A DNA stretch of 37,250 nucleotides. It comes from an uncultured Ignavibacteriaceae bacterium (lineage in GTDB: Bacteria; Bacteroidota; Ignavibacteria; Ignavibacteriales; Ignavibacteriaceae). Where the stretch lies: the NCBI GenBank assembly GCA_964510675.1, contig CAZECH010000001.1:1-37250 (forward strand), in the 5' to 3' direction. Positions 27,198 to 34,668 of the stretch are shown here, piece after piece. Position 1 is the first letter of the stretch; every line of letters starts with the position of its first letter. The translations under genes were made by a program, and so were the position numbers. Under the pieces are notes generated by a model. The model saw only the letters and a list, made by a program, of their open reading frames with translations, ran no database searches and was not told where the DNA came from.

Positions 27198-27497
27198 ATG
27201 ATCAAAAGACTAAAAATATTTCTTAAAACTTTTTCTATTGAAGGATATATCTGGATAACTGCACTTCTAATACTTGCAATTATAAATATTGAATCCGCAC
27301 ACTTTACTCTCTGTCCATTTAGTAATCTTGGTATTGATTTTTGTCCCGGCTGTGGTTTAGGCAGATCAATACATCACTTTATTCACCTGGATTTTATAAA
27401 ATCATTTAATGTGCATCCTCTTGGCGGCGCTGCTTTACTGATTCTTATTTACAGAATATTTACTTTAGCAAAAAGTACACGTTTTTCTATTTCATAA
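27198..27497 (+). CDS. DUF2752-family small membrane protein
   Basis: 99 aa. A TM helix is followed by the paired-Cys motif CPFSNLGIDFCPGCGLGRSIHH, then a second hydrophobic helix. Confidence 0.75.
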   Translation: MIKRLKIFLKTFSIEGYIWITALLILAIINIESAHFTLCPFSNLGIDFCPGCGLGRSIHHFIHLDFIKSFNVHPLGGAALLILIYRIFTLAKSTRFSIS

Positions 27498-27521
27498 TTA
27501 TCTTATTAAAAAGGAGTTTAT

Positions 27522-27872
27522 ATGGTTAATCTTTTACAGCTTTTACCGAATATTGAAAGTGACGAGTTAATGTATGTTCAGTCACTTGTAAAAGATATGA
27601 GTGATGAGCACATAAAACAGTTCGCATTAATTTATAATTCGCGGAGAAAAGATCCGCAGACAATCCTTCTATTAACTCTTGTAGGCTTTCTTGGGGTTGC
27701 AGGAATTCAAAGATTTGTAATTGACCAGATTGGAATGGGATTGCTTTATGTTTTTACAGGAGGATTGTGTCTCATAGGGACTATTATAGATATCGTTAAT
27801 TATAAAAGTCTTACTTTTGAATTTAACCAAAAGATTGCCCGTCAGGTTAGCGGGATGGTTTCTGCAATGTAG
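27522..27872 (+). CDS. TM2-domain membrane protein
   Basis: 116 aa. The two-helix TM2 pattern is LLLTLVGFLGVAGIQRFVIDQIGMGLLYVFTGGLCLIGTIIDIVNY. AAGGAG lies upstream of the ATG. Confidence 0.8.
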   Translation: MVNLLQLLPNIESDELMYVQSLVKDMSDEHIKQFALIYNSRRKDPQTILLLTLVGFLGVAGIQRFVIDQIGMGLLYVFTGGLCLIGTIIDIVNYKSLTFEFNQKIARQVSGMVSAM

Positions 27873-27904
27873 ACACATTTATTGAAGATTTCCTCGCTAT
27901 TCTA

Positions 27905-27940
27905 TTAAACCCTGCCGTTGTAATGCGGGGTTTAAATTTT
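27905..27940 (+). terminator. Rho-independent terminator after the DUF2752-TM2 pair
   Basis: AAACCCTGC (27907-27915) pairs with GCGGGGTTT (27925-27933), with one G.U pair and a 9-nt loop. The stem can be extended by two A-T pairs. It is followed by AAATTTT. Confidence 0.6.
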
Positions 27941-28011
27941 ACACTTCTGTGATAATTTATAAATGCATGTTTCTTATCATTAGACCAGAATAAAAAAAAT
28001 TGGTATTCAAC

Positions 28012-29046
28012 ATGAAAAGATATTTATTTTTTTTAGTTTTTGCTACAATGTTATCTGCACAGGAAGAAAGAAATGTTCTTGCTGAGATTTTTACAAATTC
28101 GCATTGTCCGCCTTGTGTGACTGCGCATAATACAATGAACGGCTATCTCGAAACAAGTCCTAATGGTGACAGGATTATTACAATCTATTATCATATGCTC
28201 TATCCTTATAATGATGATCCGCTTTATCATCATAATTCAGTTGACTCAGACGGAAGAGATGACTATTACAATCCTATTCAGGCAACTCCAAGAGGATTTT
28301 TTGATGGACAGGCACAGGGGAGTGTTACGACCTGGGCTTCAAACCTTGATAATTTAACTGATGTTGAAAGTCCAATAAAAATAAACTTAATCGGAACTAA
28401 ATTGGATGAAGGTTTTAATATTAAAGCAGAAATTATGCGTACAGGTGATGTCTCTGAGAATGATCTTGTTATTCATTTTGTGGTTGTTGAAGATATTAAT
28501 TATACAGGTAGAAACGGTGTAGCTCATCATGAAAATGTAATGAGAGATATGGTTGATGGTGCACAGGGAAGTTCTTTCTCAATAAATCTGAATGAGAGTA
28601 AAGAAATTGAAAAACAAATTGTACTTAACCAGGTTTGGATTAAAGACAGCTTGAAAGTCGTGGTTTTTATTCAGAGCAGTTCAAATAAAACGGTTTATCA
28701 ATCGGCAATTATTAATTATGCAGAATTAAATGATCCGACTAATGTTGGCACTGATCTGAATTTACCGGATCAATTTCAGTTGGAACAGAATTACCCAAAT
28801 CCATTTAATCCTTCTACAACTATAAGATACCAGCTTCCTGAAGAGAATTTTGTAACTCTGAAAATTTTTAATCTGCTTGGTAAAGAAATATCTACACTTG
28901 TTAACAGAAAACAACAGGCAGGATTTTATGATTTTACTTTCAATGCAGGAAGTTTTCCATCTGGTATTTATTTCTACAAATTAGTTGCTGTTAATTCTAT
29001 CGGGAAGGAATTAGTTCAAACAAAGAAGATGACACTTATTAAATAG
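28012..29046 (+). CDS. Secreted thioredoxin-like CxxC protein with T9SS (Por) C-terminal sorting domain
   Basis: The ATG at 28012 gives signal peptide MKRYLFFLVFATMLSAQE. A CPPC motif follows in VLAEIFTNSHCPPCVTAHN, an Omp28-related/thioredoxin-like context. The C-terminus is typical of a T9SS CTD: NYPNPFNPSTTIRYQLPEENFVTLKIFNLLGKE...GIYFYKL. Confidence 0.8.
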   Translation: MKRYLFFLVFATMLSAQEERNVLAEIFTNSHCPPCVTAHNTMNGYLETSPNGDRIITIYYHMLYPYNDDPLYHHNSVDSDGRDDYYNPIQATPRGFFDGQAQGSVTTWASNLDNLTDVESPIKINLIGTKLDEGFNIKAEIMRTGDVSENDLVIHFVVVEDINYTGRNGVAHHENVMRDMVDGAQGSSFSINLNESKEIEKQIVLNQVWIKDSLKVVVFIQSSSNKTVYQSAIINYAELNDPTNVGTDLNLPDQFQLEQNYPNPFNPSTTIRYQLPEENFVTLKIFNLLGKEISTLVNRKQQAGFYDFTFNAGSFPSGIYFYKLVAVNSIGKELVQTKKMTLIK

Positions 29047-29080
29047 TATCAAATGGTACTGACTATAAATAATTGTTGAA

Positions 29081-29539
29081 CTATTCCTTTTTACCGATAC
29101 CAAATTTCAAAACCAGTTCACCGCCTAAAAAGTTAGAGAAAAGTAGTCCGGTAACCACCGCTATTTTTACAATTAACTTTAAAGATGAATATCCAATTTC
29201 CGGATAAGTTTTTATTTCCATTACTGTATAAACTGAAAATAAAATCAACCAGAAAAAATTTAAACCCCCATGTATTAAAGCTTTATTAAATGCAGAATGT
29301 TCCGGGGGAATACTCAGCAAATCAATTACACCAAATAATAAAGCAAGCCAGCCAAAAGCTGTCCCGACAACAGCTGAATAAAATGCAAAAAGATAAAAAT
29401 TATTCTCTCCATAAAAAATTGCTGCAAAATCAGCAATTAAACTTACTGGCAGCAATGCTGATGGAAAATGAACAAGCATCATATGAACCGGATGTCCGGA
29501 CAATTTTCCTTTGAGTAAATCTTCAATAGGCCTTTTCAA
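29081..29539 (-). CDS. DUF2231-family membrane protein
   Basis: 152 aa. It has the motif HPVHMMLVHFPSALL followed by four hydrophobic helices. It starts 2 nt after the upstream gene on the same strand. Confidence 0.7.
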   Translation of the reverse strand: MKRPIEDLLKGKLSGHPVHMMLVHFPSALLPVSLIADFAAIFYGENNFYLFAFYSAVVGTAFGWLALLFGVIDLLSIPPEHSAFNKALIHGGLNFFWLILFSVYTVMEIKTYPEIGYSSLKLIVKIAVVTGLLFSNFLGGELVLKFGIGKKE

Positions 29540-29541
29540 TT

Positions 29542-29880
29542 TTACAAACTGAAAGCAAACAATACTAAAATTATAAAAGCTATTATTGCAGCAAGAGCAT
29601 GAATTACTGCTAATGCTTTTGGTCCGGGTTTCTTTCTCAAATCATTTACCAGCAAAATAAAACCGCCTAATGCTGCTACAACAAAAATTGCAATACTTAC
29701 TGTTGGAGTTGAAGGATTATTCATTGCATAAACAATTAAAATTATCAAACCGGCTGCTGCAATTCCTCCATGAAGAAATACAATTGGTTTTTTAGTTGGT
29801 TTACTCTGAAGCAAAGGAACTATAATAGTTAATCCTAAAACTGCAGCGATGGCAAAAATAATTATACTTGCTGTAAGCAT
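29542..29880 (-). CDS. Four-helix small membrane protein with internal two-helix duplication
   Basis: 112 aa. Residues around 4-53 and 61-110 align without gaps. Each half reads helix, basic K-P loop, a His (FLHGG / VIHAL), helix. Confidence 0.6.
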   Translation of the reverse strand: MLTASIIIFAIAAVLGLTIIVPLLQSKPTKKPIVFLHGGIAAAGLIILIVYAMNNPSTPTVSIAIFVVAALGGFILLVNDLRKKPGPKALAVIHALAAIIAFIILVLFAFSL

Positions 29881-29979
29881 ATTTTTTCTTCTTTTTTGTC
29901 CTTAGATGAAAAGTTTATACTACAGGTTACACTTTTAAATATATTTTTCTATTTTATTGTAGAAATTATCAGAGGTATT

Positions 29980-30621
29980 ATGTTAAGCAAAGAAGTCCTG
30001 GCTGCTGAATCATCAAAAGACGAAGAATTAATTCAAAGAATAAAAAGCGGGGAAAAAGAATTATTCCGTTTTATAATGAAGAAATACAATCAAAAGCTTT
30101 ACAGAATTGCAAGGTCTTATGGAATGGATGATGATATTTGCGATGATATGCTTCAGCAGACTTACATTAATGCTTATTCAAAGTTAAATCAGTTTGAAGG
30201 CAGAGCCGGATTTTCAACCTGGCTTGTACGAATCCTGATTAATGAATGCGTGATGTACAAAAGGCAGAACTCCAAGCGAATTTTTATTTCTGATGTAACT
30301 TCTCCCATTCCTATGCATCAAAATCCTGAGACGATTACTATGGAAAAAGAAGCTTCAAATATTCTGGAAAAAGCTTTATCATCACTTCCTGAAAACTACC
30401 GGGCTGTTTATGTGATTAGAGAAATTGAGGGTATGAATACAGTTGAAACAGCCGAATGTTTGGGAATAAGTAAAGTGAATGTTAAAATCCGTCTTCACAG
30501 GGCAAAACAGTTCTTATTAAAATATCTTTCTGAAAACTTATCTAAAGAAGATATATATCCTTTTGGAAATGAAAGATGTGACTCTGTAGTTGAAAATGTT
30601 ATGGCTTCTTTAAACAAATAA
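29980..30621 (+). CDS. ECF-type RNA polymerase sigma-70 family factor with short C-terminal extension
   Basis: I prefer the ATG at 29980; the ORF opens at a TTG at 29896, only 15 nt from the divergent gene. Region 2 reads YNQKLYRIARSYGMDDDICDDMLQQTYINAYSKLNQFEGRAGFSTWLVRILINEC. Region 4 reads LPENYRAVYVIREIEGMNTVETAECLGISKVNVKIRLHRAKQ. About 30 further residues follow (SKEDIYPFGNERCDSVVENVMASLNK). Confidence 0.85.
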   Translation: MLSKEVLAAESSKDEELIQRIKSGEKELFRFIMKKYNQKLYRIARSYGMDDDICDDMLQQTYINAYSKLNQFEGRAGFSTWLVRILINECVMYKRQNSKRIFISDVTSPIPMHQNPETITMEKEASNILEKALSSLPENYRAVYVIREIEGMNTVETAECLGISKVNVKIRLHRAKQFLLKYLSENLSKEDIYPFGNERCDSVVENVMASLNK

Positions 30622-30670
30622 AATCTTTTAATTGAATTACATTTTTATAAATATAAATTATACTTGATTT

Positions 30671-30694
30671 ATAATTTAAGTATGCTTAAATTAT
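30671..30694. promoter_or_regulatory. Perfect 10-4-10 palindrome, candidate DtxR/MntR-family operator
   Basis: ATAATTTAAG-TATG-CTTAAATTAT. The arms are exact reverse complements. It ends 21 nt upstream of the DtxR-family ATG at 30716. Confidence 0.5.
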
Positions 30695-30715
30695 TCCCAC
30701 AAATTTACTTAAACT

Positions 30716-31378
30716 ATGCAGAATATATCAAAAGAAGACTATTTAAGTGTTATTTATAAGTTTCGTGAACCTGACGGAACAATTAAAGCAAACCAGATTG
30801 CAGATAAATTAGAGATATCAAATGCTGCAATAACAGATATGCTGAAGAAACTGGCAAAAGATGGTTATGTGGATTATCAGCGTTATAAAGGAATCAAGCT
30901 GACTGATAATGGCGAAGAGTATGCGAAAAACATGGTGAGAAGACACAGGATTTGGGAAGTTTTTCTTCACCAGATTGTGGGAATACCATGGGATAAAGTA
31001 CATGAAGAAGCACATAATCTTGAACATGGTGCCTCAGATGAATTGATTAATAGAATGGAAGAGATGCTCGACTTCCCGGCTTTCGATCCACATGGCGATC
31101 CTATTCCTTCAAAAGAAGGTGTGATGCCGAAGCAGAAAAAAAATATACCCCTCAGCATGTTAAGGTCTAATGAGAAAGGTAATGTGGTAAGAGTAAATGA
31201 TTTTGATAATAAATTTTTGATTTACATTTCAAAGATTGGTGTTGAGCTTGGTAAAGAAATCCAGGTAAAAGAATTATTTGAGTTTGACCGTTCGATGCTC
31301 GTTGCTATTAATGGAAAAGAAACAAACATAAGCAGCAAGCTTGCAGCAAATATTTTTGTGGAAGAAAAGAAAGACTAA
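30716..31378 (+). CDS. DtxR/MntR-family metal-dependent transcriptional repressor (wHTH - dimerisation/metal site - SH3/FeoA-like domain)
   Basis: 220 aa with EDYLSVIYKF, NQIADKLEISNAAITDMLKKLAKDGYV, RRHRIWEVFL, HEEAHNLEH and DPHGDPIP. The C-terminus is FeoA-like (IPLSMLRSNEKGNVVRVND...). Confidence 0.9.
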   Translation: MQNISKEDYLSVIYKFREPDGTIKANQIADKLEISNAAITDMLKKLAKDGYVDYQRYKGIKLTDNGEEYAKNMVRRHRIWEVFLHQIVGIPWDKVHEEAHNLEHGASDELINRMEEMLDFPAFDPHGDPIPSKEGVMPKQKKNIPLSMLRSNEKGNVVRVNDFDNKFLIYISKIGVELGKEIQVKELFEFDRSMLVAINGKETNISSKLAANIFVEEKKD

Positions 31379-31380
31379 AA

Positions 31381-32415
31381 ATGATTAATCCGTTATTTGC
31401 TTTATCAATTGCTTGTGCAGTTATCGGAATTCTGGCAGTTCTTTTCTGGCCGGGTATTGGTATTTATGCTACATATAAAAAAGCAAAAAGGAATACCTCT
31501 CGGGTATTAATCGAGGATGCGCTTAAACATCTTTATGATTATGAAGAAAGAAATGTAAGATCAACTCTACGAAGTATTTCCGGGCATTTATATACAAGCA
31601 GTGACGATACAATTCAGATCGTTGGTAAACTTCAATCAATGGGATTGGTTGAATCAACAAAGAATGGAATACAACTTACATCTGAAGGACGTTCTTATGC
31701 ACTTAGAGTAATAAGAATTCATCGTTTATGGGAAAGATACCTTGCTGATGAAACAAGTGTGAAAGAATCCGAATGGCACATTGAGGCGGAAGAAAAAGAA
31801 CATAACATCTCAGTAGAAGATGCAGAACACCTTGCTGCTCAAATGGGAAATCCTGTTTTTGATCCGCATGGTGATCCGATTCCAACTAAAGATGGTGAAA
31901 TTCCTGAAAGGAAAGGTATTCCATTAACTGCACTTAAGATGGGTGAGTTTGGCATAGTGACTCATATTGAAGATGAACCTCATGCAATTTATGTTCAGCT
32001 GTTAGCACAAGGACTACATCCTGGAATGCAGGTAAGGATAAGTGATGTTGCTAAGAACAGAATAAAATTTGAAGCCAATGGTGAAGAGTGTGTGCTCGCA
32101 CCATTATTTGCAGCAAATGTTCACGTTGTTCAAATACAAAAGCAGGAAGAAATAACAAATGAGTTTAAATCATTGAGCTCATTGAGAAAAGGTGATAAAG
32201 CAGTTGTTGTTGGAATCTCAAAAGCATGCCGCGGTCCTCAGAGAAGAAGGTTAATGGATCTTGGTGTAGTTCCGGGTACATTGGTATCTGCCGAGCTTGA
32301 AAGTATTGGTCGGGACCCGGTTGCTTATAATATTAAAGGAGCAATCATAGCTATAAGAAAAAAGAATGCAGATCAGATTTATATTAGAGAATTTTCCCAG
32401 GAGGAATTGAACTGA
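31381..32415 (+). CDS. N-terminally membrane-anchored DtxR-like protein fused to two FeoA domains
   Basis: It starts 2 nt after the upstream stop. A hydrophobic N-terminus ([29 protein letters not shown]) is followed by KKAKRN. The DtxR-like core reads [16 protein letters not shown] and DPHGDPIP. FeoA 1 is [20 protein letters not shown]...[10 protein letters not shown]. FeoA 2 is [15 protein letters not shown]...[18 protein letters not shown]...[13 protein letters not shown]. Confidence 0.8.
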   Translation: MINPLFALSIACAVIGILAVLFWPGIGIYATYKKAKRNTSRVLIEDALKHLYDYEERNVRSTLRSISGHLYTSSDDTIQIVGKLQSMGLVESTKNGIQLTSEGRSYALRVIRIHRLWERYLADETSVKESEWHIEAEEKEHNISVEDAEHLAAQMGNPVFDPHGDPIPTKDGEIPERKGIPLTALKMGEFGIVTHIEDEPHAIYVQLLAQGLHPGMQVRISDVAKNRIKFEANGEECVLAPLFAANVHVVQIQKQEEITNEFKSLSSLRKGDKAVVVGISKACRGPQRRRLMDLGVVPGTLVSAELESIGRDPVAYNIKGAIIAIRKKNADQIYIREFSQEELN

Positions 32416-33218
32416 TGATTGATCAAACTAAATGCGAAGCTTGCCCTGTTCATAATACAGGAAATCTGAAGAGACTTGGAATCAATATGGATAAATTTGA
32501 TTTTGTAATAGCGCTTGCCGGAAATCCAAATACAGGCAAGAGTACTGTATTCAACAATCTTACAGGATTGAAACAGCATACAGGAAACTGGCCCGGTAAA
32601 ACTGTTACACGTGCCGAAGGCGGATTCGAGTTTAATAATAGCAGGTATAAATTGATTGATCTGCCAGGTACATATTCGCTTCTTTCAACAAGTACTGATG
32701 AAGAGATTGCAAGAGATTTTATTTTGTTCGGTCAGCCGGATGTAACAGTTGTTGTTGTTGATGCAACACGTCTTGAAAGAAATCTGAATCTTGTACTGCA
32801 GGTTCTTGAAATAACAGATCGTGCAATTGTATGCCTTAACCTTATGGATGAAGCAAGAAGAAGAGATATAGAAATTGATGAACGAACTCTTTCTCGTGAT
32901 CTTGGTATTCCTGTTGTCCCTACCGAAGCAAGACAGGGAGTCGGAATACAGGAGCTGTTAAGAGCAATTGATGATGTTGTAAATGGGAAATTTATTTGCA
33001 AACCTTATAGAATTAGTGGTTCTTCAAGAGGAATTGCAAAAGCTGTCGATGATCTTTCTGAAAAAATCAAACATCAGTTTCCACTGCTTCCTAATGCACG
33101 CTGGGTTGCTCTTCGTCTATTGGAAGGTGACCAGAAAATAATTGATGCTATTCGTTCCGGTGAGATATCAGGAATTGCAAAAAGAAATTCTGTAGAAGAA
33201 AATTTTGCAGCAGTTTAA
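32415..33218 (+). CDS. feoB: FeoB N-terminal GTPase (G domain plus part of the helical domain) as a stand-alone ORF
   Basis: The ATG overlaps the upstream TGA (TGATG). G1 is [20 protein letters not shown]3 is DLPGTYSL, G4-like is NLMDEA, and LRLLEGD is also present. A 24-residue N-terminal extension carries CEACPVH. An alternative canonical start lies at 32487 ([15 protein letters not shown]). Confidence 0.88.
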   Translation: MIDQTKCEACPVHNTGNLKRLGINMDKFDFVIALAGNPNTGKSTVFNNLTGLKQHTGNWPGKTVTRAEGGFEFNNSRYKLIDLPGTYSLLSTSTDEEIARDFILFGQPDVTVVVVDATRLERNLNLVLQVLEITDRAIVCLNLMDEARRRDIEIDERTLSRDLGIPVVPTEARQGVGIQELLRAIDDVVNGKFICKPYRISGSSRGIAKAVDDLSEKIKHQFPLLPNARWVALRLLEGDQKIIDAIRSGEISGIAKRNSVEENFAAV

Positions 33219-33234
33219 CCTTTAAGAAATTGAT

Positions 33235-34668
33235 ATGACAACAAATCAAATAAACGAAAAAGAAAAACTTATTGCATCTGCAAATACTTTACGATGGGAA
33301 GTAGGTGAGAATCTGCATGATTCCATAATTGAATCAATCTATGCAGATGCCGCTAAGATTGCCAATAAAGTAGTAAAGGTAAAAGAGCAAAAGAAAAAAT
33401 ACACTTATGATCAGGCAATTGACAGGATTGTTACAAGCAAATGGCTTGGCTTCCCGATAATGTTCCTTATGCTCTCAGTTGTTTTCTGGGTGACTATTGA
33501 AGGAGCTAATGTCCCTTCCGGTTTGATAGCAAATTTATTAGTTGATACGCTTCATCCTGCTTTAAAAGATTTAGCTACGTCTATTGGAACTCCATTCTGG
33601 TTAAGTGGAGTTTTAATTGATGGAGCTTATCTTGCGATGGCATGGGTAATTGCTGTTATGCTTCCGCCAATGGCAATCTTCTTTCCGCTTTTTACTTTGC
33701 TTGAAGATTTTGGTTATTTGCCGCGTGTTGCCTTTAATATGGATAATCTTTACAGGAAAGTTGGCGCACATGGAAAACAGGCACTAACTATGACAATGGG
33801 ATTTGGATGTAATGCTGCAGGTATTATCGCCACAAGAATTATAGACAGCCCGAGAGAAAGAATTATTGCTATCATTACAAATAATTTTTCTTTATGCAAT
33901 GGAAGATGGCCCACACAAATTCTCATTGCAACAATTTTTATTGGAGGTGCTGTTCCTGCCTACCTTGCAGGAATAGTTTCTGCAGCAGCAGTTGTAGGCA
34001 TAGCTTTACTTGGAATTATTTTTAGTCTTGTCGTGTCATGGGGATTATCAAAAACAATTTTAAAAGGAGAAGCTTCTGCATTCAGCCTTGAGCTTCCGCC
34101 ATATCGTCCACCGAGAATTTTACGGACTCTTTATACTTCTTTAGTTGACAGAACAATTTTTGTCTTATGGCGGGCGGTGGTTTTTGCTGTACCTGCCGGA
34201 ATTGTTATCTGGCTTGTTGCTAATATTACTATTGGAGGGACAAGCATTGCAGAACATTTTATTAATTGGACTGATCCTTTTGCTTTGTTTGTTGGATTGA
34301 ATGGAGTGATTTTTCTTGCATATATTATTGCTATACCTGCAAATGAAATTGTGGTTCCAACTGTGTTGATGTTAACTGTGCTCGTTGCGGGAATTGCCGG
34401 CGTTGGTTCTGGTGATGGTGTAATGTTTGAACTCGAATCAGTTGCTGATACTTCTGCTGTACTGCATGCCGGCGGCTGGACAGTTCTTACAGGAATTAAC
34501 CTGATGCTGTTTAGCTTGCTTCACAATCCATGCTCGACAACTATATATACTATATATAAAGAAACTAAAAGCGTTAAATGGACAGTAATCTCAACTATAC
34601 TCCCTGTCATGATGGGTTTTGCAGTTTGTTTTTTTGTTGCCCAGATCTGGAGGCTGATTGCAGGTTAA
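33235..34668 (+). CDS. feoB: FeoB C-terminal permease (Gate / FeoB_C membrane domain) as a stand-alone ORF
   Basis: 477 aa, 16 nt after the G-domain ORF and in a different frame. The pre-membrane helix ([15 protein letters not shown]; [19 protein letters not shown]) is followed by a polytopic membrane domain with Gate-like motifs ([33 protein letters not shown]; [13 protein letters not shown]). Confidence 0.88.
   Translation: MTTNQINEKEKLIASANTLRWEVGENLHDSIIESIYADAAKIANKVVKVKEQKKKYTYDQAIDRIVTSKWLGFPIMFLMLSVVFWVTIEGANVPSGLIANLLVDTLHPALKDLATSIGTPFWLSGVLIDGAYLAMAWVIAVMLPPMAIFFPLFTLLEDFGYLPRVAFNMDNLYRKVGAHGKQALTMTMGFGCNAAGIIATRIIDSPRERIIAIITNNFSLCNGRWPTQILIATIFIGGAVPAYLAGIVSAAAVVGIALLGIIFSLVVSWGLSKTILKGEASAFSLELPPYRPPRILRTLYTSLVDRTIFVLWRAVVFAVPAGIVIWLVANITIGGTSIAEHFINWTDPFALFVGLNGVIFLAYIIAIPANEIVVPTVLMLTVLVAGIAGVGSGDGVMFELESVADTSAVLHAGGWTVLTGINLMLFSLLHNPCSTTIYTIYKETKSVKWTVISTILPVMMGFAVCFFVAQIWRLIAG

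Noticed and set aside
29896-29979. The TTG-initiated 28-codon extension of the ECF sigma ORF.
   Set aside because: It would leave only 15 nt to the divergent gene. The extension is hydrophobic and unlike sigma region 1/2. The ATG at 29980 gives a normal-length ECF N-terminus.
909-33001. Many 60-130-aa ORFs in the track lie antisense to, or in alternative frames within, long well-supported genes. Examples: 909-1121, 1853-2095, 3028-3384, 3760-4195, 4589-5059, 10000-10281, 11355-11757, 14087-14308, 16014-17174, 17911-18186, 18573-18794, 19219-19449, 20127-20786, 21600-21833, 22334-22519, 25232-25456, 25640-25852, 27672-27878, 28051-28357, 29290-29514, 30818-31158, 31703-31885, 32379-32579 and 32732-33001.
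   Set aside because: Each is fully or largely embedded in a gene with clear family motifs on the other strand or frame. Their translations are low-complexity (rich in Ser, Phe, Ile and Leu) with no recognisable domain. This is the expected shadow-ORF behaviour of AT-rich coding DNA.
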